Shown: positions 51,012 to 61,197 of the stretch, one piece after another
Numbering within the stretch: position 1 is the stretch's first letter
Layout of the letters: every line of letters starts with the position of its first letter
Virus record (IMG/VR): IMGVR_UViG_2706795344_000001
Coordinates: 40,907 to 104,906 of that record
Strand: one strand, 5' to 3'
Length of the DNA stretch: 64,000 bases
Source: a virus
Lineage: Duplodnaviria; Caudoviricetes
Notes under the pieces: generated by a model
The model's database searches: none
What the model was told of the DNA's origin: nothing
Seen by the model: only the letters and a program-made list of their open reading frames with translations
Translations under genes and position numbers: made by a program

Positions 51012-52629
51012 TCACAGTTGTACTACCTGAAGTAGAAGAGATATTGAAAGCTCTTAAAGAAGAGTATCGATTTGAACGTCTGGAAGGTTGTTGGATTAAG
51101 TCTGTAGATATTAAACCAAAAAATATTCATATAACTGGATTTATTATATGGCACTGGACTCAAAAAGATTTTGGAAACCATGAAGCTAAAGTATCTATGG
51201 TTGAGTTTGATGTATATGATACAGGCTCTTGTTTTGATGGAACTGTTGTTGACATTGGTTGTGCTTTTGATATGATATCGGTTGAAGATGCTAAGCAACG
51301 TATGGGTGAATTCGTGGAGAGACTTGATGATTGATTTCGACAAGATGGTTCAGGATATGTTGACTATTCCTGATGAAGATTTGAAGGAGTGGGTAGATAA
51401 AATCGAAGGTAGTATGGCTTTACATATTGCCACATACCCTGATGAGGTTGTATGGGAGACTATGAATCCAACAAATCGAGGGGCAGCGTATAGTAATGTA
51501 TTGCTTAAAGACTTACATGATAAGTATGTTGTAAAAGAGAAGACTCAGTTAAAGTTTTCGATTGAGCAAGCTATTAAACACAATGAGAGTCAGTTCTTTA
51601 TTAAAGCTGTATATGAGAGAAAAAGTGATGTCCCAAACTAAACTTAAATTAGACCTTACACGTAAATTTGGTGGATTAGCAAAAGCTTTTGATTTCCTGA
51701 TGGACATGGATGTCTGGGGCAGAAGTCGTAAGTATGAAGTGGTTGATGGTGAATTAACTGTTAGCGACAAAGGGTACACGTATTACGAGCTGAGAGACGC
51801 TATACGGGAGCTTTTGGAGAAAGAGGTACGAATGTACCAAGCGCCAGATAGAATTCAATATCGAAGCGCTGATGAGTATCCAGAGGTATATTCAGAGAAC
51901 GTTAGGCTAGATGGCATCACAACATTCTCAAAGTCTCCAAAACTTCTATTGAAGTATCGCCATCGTGGTGAAGTAAACTATGTTACAGGTTATATGATTA
52001 ATTATCATGATGAACGACCTAATGTATATCACCTTGACGGACATAATGGAGACTGGCATAATACTGTGGAAGGTTGGATTTATTGTTGAGGTATTCATGT
52101 ATACATTAGTTTTAACAATTACGATGTTTGGTTGGATTTGGGATGATGTCCGAACTGTTAGTGTTGATGGCTTTAAGAGTTTATCAAACTGTCAGAATGC
52201 TGGAGAGCAGCTTAAGAAAGAGCACACCAAAAACTTTATAGGTAAAGCTACATATACTTGTGTTAAGAGATAGATATTGGAGGTATAAATGGTCATTTAT
52301 TCATTCAGTACAGAAGAGGCAAAGCGTTGCCCTGAGTGTCTTGGCTATACTCATATGCATAAACCTTGGTGTAATAATTGGTAGGAGTTTAATATGAAAT
52401 TATATTTAGTGGTAAATGAACAATCTGGTGAATGTGTTGGTTTTAATGACTTAGCTGATGCACAACATGCAGCTACAGGGAAGAACTTTAGTAGTGATCA
52501 GCGACAAGGTTGGTACAGTACTTTGGGTTCAGAGTTCCGTGAAAGTGTTCTTGAAAGTGGTGATGAGCAGTTACGTATCGCTGAGGTGGAAATTGATTTG
52601 GCTACATTAAAAAATGCAGAGGACTTTAA

Positions 52630-52980
52630 ATGAAAAAGTTAGTTAAAGAATTCCATGAACATAGCTTAAAGCAGCGTAATACCAAGCGTACAAGTAAGAT
52701 GCTCTGCGATGCTGCATTCTACATCATGAATAGCAAAAGCAGTAGAGAAGCTATTATTGTGGGAGCTACTGAGCATCATTTAGCTGAGATGAAGGCTACA
52801 GCAAATCGACTTTTCAATTCTCACATAGCATGTTCTATGGTATTCGTGACAAGAAGTGCCTTAGATGACAAAGTTAAAGGTAGAAATGAGAAAACTTACA
52901 AGGTGTTCTATGACCACTTTGCTTTAGAGTCAGAGATTGCTAAACTGTTAGTAGAGTACACCAAGTACGAGGAGAACTAA
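52630..52980 (+). CDS. Small degenerate P-loop-like protein (paralog 1)
   Basis: 'RNTKRT.KML..A', 'IIVGAT', 'VKG....VFYDH'. Confidence 0.55.
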   Translation: MKKLVKEFHEHSLKQRNTKRTSKMLCDAAFYIMNSKSSREAIIVGATEHHLAEMKATANRLFNSHIACSMVFVTRSALDDKVKGRNEKTYKVFYDHFALESEIAKLLVEYTKYEEN

Positions 52981-53361
52981 GTGGAAAGAATACCTAAAGA
53001 TATGAAAGAGGCATCGGAACATTTTAGGGCTATTAGTTCTTTTAAACATAGAATTAATCGAAGTGTTCGAATGCTTTGTCAGGCATTGTTCCATGTGTCA
53101 AATGGCTATTCTGGAAATCATTCTATAGTTGTTGCTTTGGATGAAGATCATAAGAAACAGCTAGAAGATAAAGCTAAGGAGATGTTCTCTACTGAGGTAC
53201 TTAAACATATTGGATTCATTAGTTACGAAAAGTATAAGAAGTTTAATAGGGAAGGTGAGGTGGTAGGTTTAAAATATTTTATCGACCCTGCTTGCCTTGA
53301 AGATGATATCGCTGTACTATTAAAGAAGTGGGAACAGTACGATGACCCAAGAGATTATTAA
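52981..53361 (+). CDS. Small degenerate P-loop-like protein (paralog 2)
   Basis: Colinear with paralog 1: 'HRINRS.RMLC.A', 'IVVA', 'YFIDP..LE..IA.LL....Y'. Confidence 0.55.
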   Translation: MERIPKDMKEASEHFRAISSFKHRINRSVRMLCQALFHVSNGYSGNHSIVVALDEDHKKQLEDKAKEMFSTEVLKHIGFISYEKYKKFNREGEVVGLKYFIDPACLEDDIAVLLKKWEQYDDPRDY

Positions 53362-53372
53362 CGGAGACTGAT

Positions 53373-53879
53373 ATGTCACACTTTGGTATAGACCCAAGAG
53401 CAGCTAAAGAATTTTGGAATGAGAAAACCAAAGAGCCATTCGATTTTGACTGGAAAGAAATCAATGCAGATATGGCTGCTGCTGTAGTACACAACCTAAG
53501 AGTATGTGAGGCGTTCCTATTTGGACGTTTCCCTAGCGCTGAGGAAGCTAAGGAACATATCGATGTGTGGGCAGAGTGGCAAGAGATACGTCGTAATAAC
53601 CCTGTAAGCTTCTTCAAGCCACGAAAGATGCCAAACGTTGGAACTATAGGGTATCCAGAAGAACCTTGCTTAAACGAGCTTACACGCTTAATTAGAGGTA
53701 GTATTGCTAAGGACGAACTGTGTATGGTGGTTGGTAAACCTACAAATGCATCTACTGTACGTCCTGAAGTGTTGGAGTTTTATAAGAGTCGTCGTAGTAG
53801 TAATCCTATATTGCATGTAGCTCTTGAAGACACTAAGCCTTATCTAATTGATAGGTACTTAGGAACCTCAATAAAATAA
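53373..53879 (+). CDS. Hypothetical protein
   Basis: RBS GGAG; C-half loosely resembles DnaB pre-Walker A segment. Confidence 0.55.
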   Translation: MSHFGIDPRAAKEFWNEKTKEPFDFDWKEINADMAAAVVHNLRVCEAFLFGRFPSAEEAKEHIDVWAEWQEIRRNNPVSFFKPRKMPNVGTIGYPEEPCLNELTRLIRGSIAKDELCMVVGKPTNASTVRPEVLEFYKSRRSSNPILHVALEDTKPYLIDRYLGTSIK

Positions 53880-53895
53880 TCTTGGAGATTTTGAT

Positions 53896-54096
53896 ATGAG
53901 TCATGACTTACACACAAGAACAGCTATGTGGATGTTTGATGTTGGGGCTAGTGAAGTGACGGAAACTCAGAGACGTGGAGCTAAAGCATATAACTATGCT
54001 AAACAGTATGGAGCTAGTAATACAACAGCTACTGTTGAAGCCATCAAAGCTATGCGAGAGGGTAAGTGTGAAGTGTACAGGAATGAGGGAGCTTAG
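53896..54096 (+). CDS. Stand-alone family A polymerase fingers/O-helix mini-protein
   Basis: 'DLHTRTA...F.....EVT..QRR.AKA.NY...YG.S' matches PolA motif B region; RBS GGAG. Confidence 0.7.
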   Translation: MSHDLHTRTAMWMFDVGASEVTETQRRGAKAYNYAKQYGASNTTATVEAIKAMREGKCEVYRNEGA

Positions 54097-54108
54097 GCTC
54101 TCTTTTTT
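54086..54108 (+). terminator. Rho-independent terminator
   Basis: AGGGAGC-ttag-GCTCTCT plus T-tract. Confidence 0.75.
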
Positions 54109-54113
54109 ATTGT

Positions 54114-54193
54114 CCAGATATTCCCTAGATATTTCCAGATATTCCAGCAAATTGCAAAAAGTTTTGAAAAGTTTTTGAAAAATTTTGAATTTT
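54114..54193. repeat. Three AGATATT repeats and phased A/T tracts
   Basis: AGATATT at 54116, 54127, 54137; AAAA(G)TTTTG units about every 10-11 bp. Confidence 0.7.
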
Positions 54194-54195
54194 CC

Positions 54196-54224
54196 TTGAC
54201 ACCTATGTATGTTATAAATATAAT
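54196..54224 (+). promoter_or_regulatory. Perfect-consensus sigma70 promoter
   Basis: TTGACA-17-TATAAT. Confidence 0.85.
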
Positions 54225-54230
54225 GAAATC

Positions 54231-54448
54231 TCTTTAATGTAGTAAGTTAATAAGTTGATTTAAGATTGGTGGCATTGCAGTGCCAAGTATATAGGAGTGT
54301 TGGGTATGTGAACTTATGTGGTAGATAGGTGTGACACTATGGAAGATTGGTAGACGAAGTGCTATACATTTCCAGCATCTTGATGGAGGTTCATGAAAGT
54401 GTCTAATGAGCTGTGAGAAATTGCCCATGCTTTGTCGTGGGCTTTTTT
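54231..54448 (+). ncRNA. Candidate ~215-nt small RNA
   Basis: Between consensus promoter and terminator GCCCATG/CGTGGGC-T6; no sizeable sense ORF. Confidence 0.5.
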
Positions 54449-54864
54449 GTGCCTGTCTGTCTGGCCTGAAAAAATTTTTAGAGGGCATGATGACTTTTGA
54501 AAATTAGAGTGAGATTACAGGAATATCCATTTTTACAACTTGGGTTAAATTTAAACACCTTGGATTTTGAAGAAACTGAAAAGTTAGAGTTTGTCAATAG
54601 GTATTAACAAAAAATATTGAATTATTTTTATTGACTTTAATTATCATCTATTGTATTCACATGCGCCCGCTCTTTATAAACGTGACCTTGTTTTGTTGTG
54701 GTGATAGTATGAAAGGTATAAAGAGACATTCCAAATGATTATTTAGAACTATAAATTTATTTAATTCATGCACTTATAAAATTTATATAAAATTTTCTTG
54801 CATTTATTTTTAGATTGTTTACTATGTGCTTATCGAAACGAAACAAGCCTAGAAAGGTGATGAG

Positions 54865-55470
54865 ATGGAACAAATTACATTAGATTTATTTAGCTTTGAA
54901 GAACTCTCTAATGAAGCTCAACAAGTGGCAATTGAAGCAGTCCGTAACAGTGAATATTATTTATCTCATGATTGGTATGATTCTACAAAAGAAGATTTTC
55001 ACCAAATCTTAAACATTATCGGCTTTTATGATGTTAAGAGTCAATTTTCTGGTTTTAATTCTCAAGGTGATGGGGCGAGTTTTTCAGCTAACTACCGTTA
55101 TCAAACAGAGTGTTTAACTAATGTTAAAATCCATGCACCAAATGATAATGAGTTGCATGATATTGTAAGCGGTATCGTTAAGATCATGAGACGTTATTTC
55201 TATCGTCTTGAGTGTGAAATTTACACACAAGGTTATTACTGCCATTCTAACACGATGAGTTTTAATTGGTCGTATAATGATAGATATGATTGCAATATCA
55301 GTGATGAAGACGAAAGTATCTTGAATCAATTGTTCCGAGACTTGGCAGATTGGTATTATGAAAAGCTTAATAAAGAATATGACTACCTTATGAGTGATGA
55401 AGGTATCACGGGGCATATTGCAGCAAATAAGTGTAAATATACAGTTGACGGAAAGGAATTTTTGTTATGA
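54865..55470 (+). CDS. Conserved phage/plasmid hypothetical protein (early region)
   Basis: 'F.F.ELS.EAQ..A', 'FSGF.SQGDGASF', 'L..EYDY..SDE'; promoter TTGCAT-16-TACTAT at 54798. Confidence 0.65.
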   Translation: MEQITLDLFSFEELSNEAQQVAIEAVRNSEYYLSHDWYDSTKEDFHQILNIIGFYDVKSQFSGFNSQGDGASFSANYRYQTECLTNVKIHAPNDNELHDIVSGIVKIMRRYFYRLECEIYTQGYYCHSNTMSFNWSYNDRYDCNISDEDESILNQLFRDLADWYYEKLNKEYDYLMSDEGITGHIAANKCKYTVDGKEFLL

Positions 55471-56872
55471 AAAATCAGTTGACCGACCTTGACCCACACC
55501 CATTTAAACAAAATGGTAAAGTTTGGTTTAATGTAAATGGTAAACAGCACTGTGTTAAGATTTACCATAAAAGTTTCTCAAACTTTCCTATAGAGTACAT
55601 AAACTTTAAAGGGAAACAATATCAAGTCAACAATGTGAAGGAAAATGTAGAATGAAAACTTACTTAATAACATTCGATGGTGGTTATGCATTTATGAATG
55701 CTAAAAGCAAAAAGACTGCTAAAGAAAATTTTATTGAAAAGTGTGTTCGTGAAAGTAATTTCACTCCTGAAAATGTTGTGGTGGTTTATTAAAGGTGAAT
55801 AAAATGAGTCATGTTAGAGTTGGTAGTGTTGTAAAAGTTTCTTATATCGACAGTGACCAAAGTTATGAAGCTGTAATATTAGACATAAATTTAGATGTTG
55901 AGGATAGAGACTATCCAATTTGGGTAAAACTTAGTGTTGCAAATGAACATGGAAATGATGATTTTTGGTTAAACTCCGAGATGATAGATGTGGATTTTAT
56001 AATACAATTATCTGTAAGTGAATAAGGGAAATAAACATGGAATTGCACGAAATCTTAGAAGCATTGACACAAGGTAAGGTAGTAAACTGGTGTAACTCTG
56101 GTTATAGAGTTATAGAACAAGGTGGACGATTGTATACAGTGTTTAGCCGTAATGATTCAATGTGTGGTTTACAAGAATCAGAATATGAAAATTGTTTTAT
56201 CAAAGGTGAATGAAAGATGAAAATGTCAACTCAAGAAATTATTAACTATTTATCTGTCAATCAAGATGCATGGAAAAAGACAGTCTTAAAAAATATTGAG
56301 GATGTTAGCGCGGTTAATGAGTTATTAACTGAAAACGATTTGAATACAATCATGCATAATTCAGAATTTTATGATGATTTATTTGATAGTTATAAACCGT
56401 TTGATGAAATACTAGATGATTACTTTATGTTGCATTTAGACATTGAGCAGAATAGTAATGATGTAATGATCTGGTTACAGCGTATTTACTCATGATTATA
56501 GTCTGTACATTTAAATCAACAAACGAGATTGTTACTCATTCGGTAGCAATCTTTAAGGGTGGCAAGATTGTTAAACAAATCCTGAATATTAAAGAGGATG
56601 GATTAAGAACAGTCTTAGCAGCATACAACACACATAAAGATATTTATTATCGAGATGTAAAATCAAAGGCGAGTTTAAAATGGCATTAGATGTAGAGATT
56701 TACAGTAAATACGAACATGACACGGGCCTTATATTATACTCCGACTTCAAGCAAGGGCAGTTTATACAAGGTTACATGGGCGATATTACTTATATCATCG
56801 TATTATGGGATGTGAACGGCATACCTAAAGCCCATTATTCAAAAGAATTTAATATTTAATTTGAATTAATTA

Positions 56873-56929
56873 TTGACAAGGGTTTTAAATAGGGCCATAA
56901 TACCCACATAGACAAACAAACAGCTTAAA
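56873..56929 (+). promoter_or_regulatory. Early promoter repeat (copy 1)
   Basis: TTGACAAGG..17..CATAATACC.ACATA..CAA.CAAACAGCTTAAA. Confidence 0.75.
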
Positions 56930-56945
56930 CAAAAGGTAAAGCGAA

Positions 56946-57428
56946 ATGGCTATGCAACGTATCAGTAAAAAGAAAGAACTAAACGAACAAGAAATCGAAA
57001 TGAAGGAATTTTTTCGTTTAGGTAGATTTGAAATGACTGCAACATATATTGCAGAAGTTAAGATGAATGCAGAAGACCGTTATCCAATGGATAAATTTGC
57101 CATTGTATTTAAAAATGGGTATGGTGATGTAGAAGCATTTGATTTCTATCAAGGTATAGGTCATAGAAATTTGAATGCAAAAGGTTTGATTGGTCAACCA
57201 TATAAAACTATTTTTGCACCTAGTGAAGCCGATGTATTATATTGCTTGGTTCTTGATGCTTCATTAGCAAATCTATCTTATGAAGATTACTGTAATGAAT
57301 TTGGCTATGACAGTGATAACTTAAAGCACAAGAAGCTTCATATGCTAATGAAAGAAAACACCAAAAAACTTGAAAAGATTTTTAAAATCAATCTAGTTAA
57401 GATTGAACAAATATTGCAAGATTATTGA
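56946..57428 (+). CDS. Conserved hypothetical protein (early region)
   Basis: 'F..G.GH', 'P...DVL.CL..DA', 'C.EFGYD.D'. Confidence 0.6.
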   Translation: MAMQRISKKKELNEQEIEMKEFFRLGRFEMTATYIAEVKMNAEDRYPMDKFAIVFKNGYGDVEAFDFYQGIGHRNLNAKGLIGQPYKTIFAPSEADVLYCLVLDASLANLSYEDYCNEFGYDSDNLKHKKLHMLMKENTKKLEKIFKINLVKIEQILQDY

Positions 57429-57436
57429 TAAATAGG

Positions 57437-57485
57437 TTTACTTTTAGCATGAATCGATTATAATGGGTTCATGCAATAAAGCAAA
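57437..57485 (+). promoter_or_regulatory. Promoter within long bulged hairpin (copy 1)
   Basis: TTTACT-16-TATAAT; GCATGAATC/GGTTCATGC plus outer stem. Confidence 0.7.
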
Positions 57486-57511
57486 CAACCATACACAAAA
57501 GGATTCATTTA

Positions 57512-58255
57512 ATGAATACATTTAACATCGAACTAGTAAAGAAAATTGAAAGTGACCTTGCAACGTCAAAGGTTGTTGTAATGGATGCATTGACAGCTAT
57601 GCAAAAAGTGCCGTCATACTTGTCGGAACATGTAGCAGAAGCAGACTACACAATGAGACAAGCTTTTCTAGGAAATAATAGCAGTATTGCTAGTGTGTTA
57701 AGTGGTTTAACTCATGCAGCGTGGTCAGAATTTTTTGCTCACCACTTAGTACATCATTTAATAATTGACCGTGAAAGTGTTGCTACACATAAGTATGTGT
57801 TTGCAGACAGCTACAAGCGTTTGTTATATAGTGGTGTAAAAGAGTTGGTAGAATTCAACCAATCAAATGCAGAGGAATTTTTTAATGAGTTCTTAAATAT
57901 TGACCGTGCGAAATGTTCTAAGTGGTTGAAATATTTGCTAGAACGTACTGGAAAAGATTGGAAAAATTCTAGTAAAGAATTTAAATCTAAAATGACTTTA
58001 AGAGGATTGGATTCATACGGAACTGTAAGCCGTGAACTGGGGCGCACATTATTTGCAGTGTGTAAACATTTGGGCCTTGATTTTACTTTCGACAAGTATT
58101 ACACTGAATTACGTAACCACAGTAAAATTAATGGTGACAAGTTTAAGGTTAACGATGATTTGGATATTACATTTGAGTATCATCAAAATGGCAATACAAC
58201 TCTACGTATTGATAAAGATTTGGTAAAATTGTTAAACGATTTGCTTGAGGGTTAA
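57512..58255 (+). CDS. DUF4942-like protein
   Basis: 'W..F', 'EF...N', C-term 'Y..NGN..L....DLV..LN.LL'. Confidence 0.5.
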   Translation: MNTFNIELVKKIESDLATSKVVVMDALTAMQKVPSYLSEHVAEADYTMRQAFLGNNSSIASVLSGLTHAAWSEFFAHHLVHHLIIDRESVATHKYVFADSYKRLLYSGVKELVEFNQSNAEEFFNEFLNIDRAKCSKWLKYLLERTGKDWKNSSKEFKSKMTLRGLDSYGTVSRELGRTLFAVCKHLGLDFTFDKYYTELRNHSKINGDKFKVNDDLDITFEYHQNGNTTLRIDKDLVKLLNDLLEG

Positions 58256-58676
58256 CATCATGATGTATGCATTAGTTTTGATAGTATTTGGTAATAATGT
58301 TTATACACCTATCGACAAGGTGGAGATTAAACATAGTCTTACTTATTCGCAATGTCAGAAACAAATGAAAGATTTAAATAAAAACATTCAAGGCGCACAA
58401 GTTCAATTCACTTGTGAATCATATCGATTACGTTAATAGGTGCAATATGAAATTTGATTTGGATGACTTGGCTAAAAAGACGGATGATACAAGTAACGGT
58501 AACACGTATCGAATTGTAGAAATCAATTTAGCTTATCAATGTTATCTAGTTGAATGTGAAAACTACTATGGGCCTGAAGATTTAGGTGACGGCATCATGT
58601 TATATGGTAGTGGTCAACAAGTGTGGGTAGCTGCTTATACATTTGATTGGATGACTCAAAAACTTTAAATAAAAGC

Positions 58677-58725
58677 TTGCTTTTAGCATAACTATCTGTA
58701 TAATGGTGGTTATGCAATAAAGCAA
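58677..58725 (+). promoter_or_regulatory. Promoter within long bulged hairpin (copy 2)
   Basis: TTGCTT-16-TATAAT; GCATAACTATC/GGTGGTTATGC plus TTGCTTT/AAAGCAA. Confidence 0.7.
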
Positions 58726-60504
58726 TCGTTATTATATCGGTGACGTGATGAACATTATCAAAGTAACTAAAAACTATATTATATCTTTCAATGCTGATAA
58801 TAACGTACAATACGTTAAGTCAAAATTAAATGGTAAATTTGCTAAACATGCAGAAGCTTTAGAAGAACTTAAGCAATTGATTTTAGAAGATAAAAAGCAA
58901 GTTGTAGACGCTTTTATCGGGTTATCTATCTGTGTTTTATCTGTAATAATGGCATTATCTTATATTAAATTTGGTATTTCTTTAGATTTAGGCTTGATTT
59001 TAATGACAAGTGTTGTTAGTATATCGGGTATAGGTTTTGCATTATCAAATTTCGATGAGGGCATTAATAATGCTTAAGAATATTGTATTATCAGTGTTTT
59101 ATATTGTATTATATAGCTTGATTGTGGCAGCCTTATTAAGTGTTAGATCAAGCATGTTAACGGTTTATTTTGGTGTATTTATATCGTTAATTATGGTAAC
59201 TTTCGTATTTATTGCAACGTCAAGAGAGCAGATAGAGTTGACAGTATCACAATTATGTGATTGGGTAGGTTCAAAATGGAACTAATAAGAAACGTAACGG
59301 TAGCTAAACTCTCTTTAGGTACGGTGGAGAGCGAATATCAAGCTAGTGATTTGTTAGGGCAATTGGTTTATTCTAAGTTTGAAGAATTTAGAGATAACTT
59401 TATTTCTTGTGAAATTACTGATTGTTATTTAGGTAATGACTTTGTTTTAGTGGGTCAAGAGGATGTGATAAAATCCAATCTTGAGGAGGTACATTTTCAA
59501 TGTAATGTTTTATATGATTATGTATTTGATGTTGTATGTCATGCTGGGAGTTTATCCGATGAAGATGATGAACAAGGTGATTACCTTTATGAATCTTTAA
59601 AAAAGGGTACATTTGCACAAGATTTGCATAACCTAGATTATTCTGATTTAGATGGAATCAAGATGGGTCTAAAGCAATCAAAAATTTGGATGGACAATCT
59701 AATTAAACTTATTGAAGAATTAAAGAAATGAATCAATTAAACGTGAATGACATATCTTATCTATGTGGTAGGTTAAACACACACTTGCACAGTCATATAC
59801 AACAATTAACGGATTGTTTGAAAGATGACAAGTTTAGTCAATGGTATTGGTACAAGTTTTGCAAGTATGTACAAAAAGTTGACATGCAAGACTTAAGATG
59901 CTTGGTTGAATCTATTAATAATTTCTTGACAGAGCAAGAAGCTAAGAATGCAGAAACTGTAAGGAAATTTGAGCTAAACAAAAGCATTGATGAATTAAAG
60001 CAATGTTGTAAGGACAATGGCGGTGATTTATCGGAGGTGCTTGTATTGGCTAATGGTAGACACTTTATTATCGGTGTTGATTCATTTGATGATTGTATGA
60101 ATGATATACAATACTTTATTGATAGCCGTTACGGTATACGTTTTAAAGATATTGAAGGTTGGTTTTTGTTGAGAGCTTAAGCATGTATAACATAGTGAAT
60201 GACAAAGGTGTTGTTGTTAAACAAATTAGTGGCTATTGGGATGCTAAGAGACAGCTAGAAGAACTTAACATTCAAAAAGGCGGTAAGGTTGAACATAAGC
60301 TTGTGAAGGTGGAGAAATGATTAAACGTGATCTATATCAAGATAAGTACAATCCTCGTAAAACGTGGCAAGTCAACCACATGAAAGGCGCTAAGTACCTT
60401 AAACAGTTTATTGACGGTGTACAGTGTGGAAAGGGCATCCGTTGTAATATGAAATTTATTAAACAGATTGGAATAGATAATTTTAAATTAATCTGAATTA
60501 GGTG

Positions 60505-60560
60505 TTGACAAGGATGTCATAAAGGCCCATAATACCTACATACCAAGCAAACAGCTTAAA
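60505..60560 (+). promoter_or_regulatory. Early promoter repeat (copy 2)
   Basis: TTGACA-17-CATAAT with same downstream CAAACAGCTTAAA as 56873. Confidence 0.75.
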
Positions 60561-60821
60561 GGATATGTGAAGTGATTAAGTCAATTGGTGCTCAAGTTAA
60601 AGAGGTTAATGTACAATTCTTCAAGGGTAGAAGAACTAACAAGTTTTACCTGAACGTATTTTTCTGGTGTTATGCTGAAAATGTTATAAGACTTAGGTCG
60701 GTTTTGTGTTCGATTGAAGCAAATAAAAGACCAGATTGGGTATAATTAGTGTCTGTTTATCCGTAGCATTCTATAGGGGTGCTATCAATAAACTCTCAAC
60801 AAGCCTAAAAAGGTGATTAAA

Positions 60822-61160
60822 ATGTTAAACATGTCTAATATCAAAAATGTTTCTAATGCTAACATTGGCACTATTGAAAGTATTGACATAGAAAACTTGT
60901 ATACAAATAGTGGTAGCAAGGCCCCTAACCAATTCAATGTATTCATATATGGTCAAGAGGGTAATATCAAAGTATTTAAATCTTATAACTCAATTATTGC
61001 AGTCCGTTGTAATGGTGAAACATATTTAGATCAAGGTAAATGGGATTATTCGCCTACAACATTACGCTATCTTAAACAGTGGTTAGGCACTCAAGACAGT
61101 AAAGCGGAGATTGTAAAAAAGATTGATGACGGGATTTATAAATTAGTTGAATTAAACTAA
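60822..61160 (+). CDS. Conserved hypothetical protein (early region)
   Basis: 'NQF', 'F.SY.S.IA', 'WDYS.TT.RY...WLG'. Confidence 0.6.
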   Translation: MLNMSNIKNVSNANIGTIESIDIENLYTNSGSKAPNQFNVFIYGQEGNIKVFKSYNSIIAVRCNGETYLDQGKWDYSPTTLRYLKQWLGTQDSKAEIVKKIDDGIYKLVELN

Positions 61161-61168
61161 AATAGTGC

Positions 61169-61197
61169 TTGACAAGGATGTCAAACAAAACCATAAT
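61169..61197 (+). promoter_or_regulatory. Early promoter with palindromic -35 (TTGACA-N4-TGTCAA)
   Basis: TTGACA-17-CATAAT. Confidence 0.75.

Noticed and set aside
54234-54488. Minus-strand 84-aa ORF
   Set aside because: No RBS, atypical composition, antisense to a strong promoter-terminator unit
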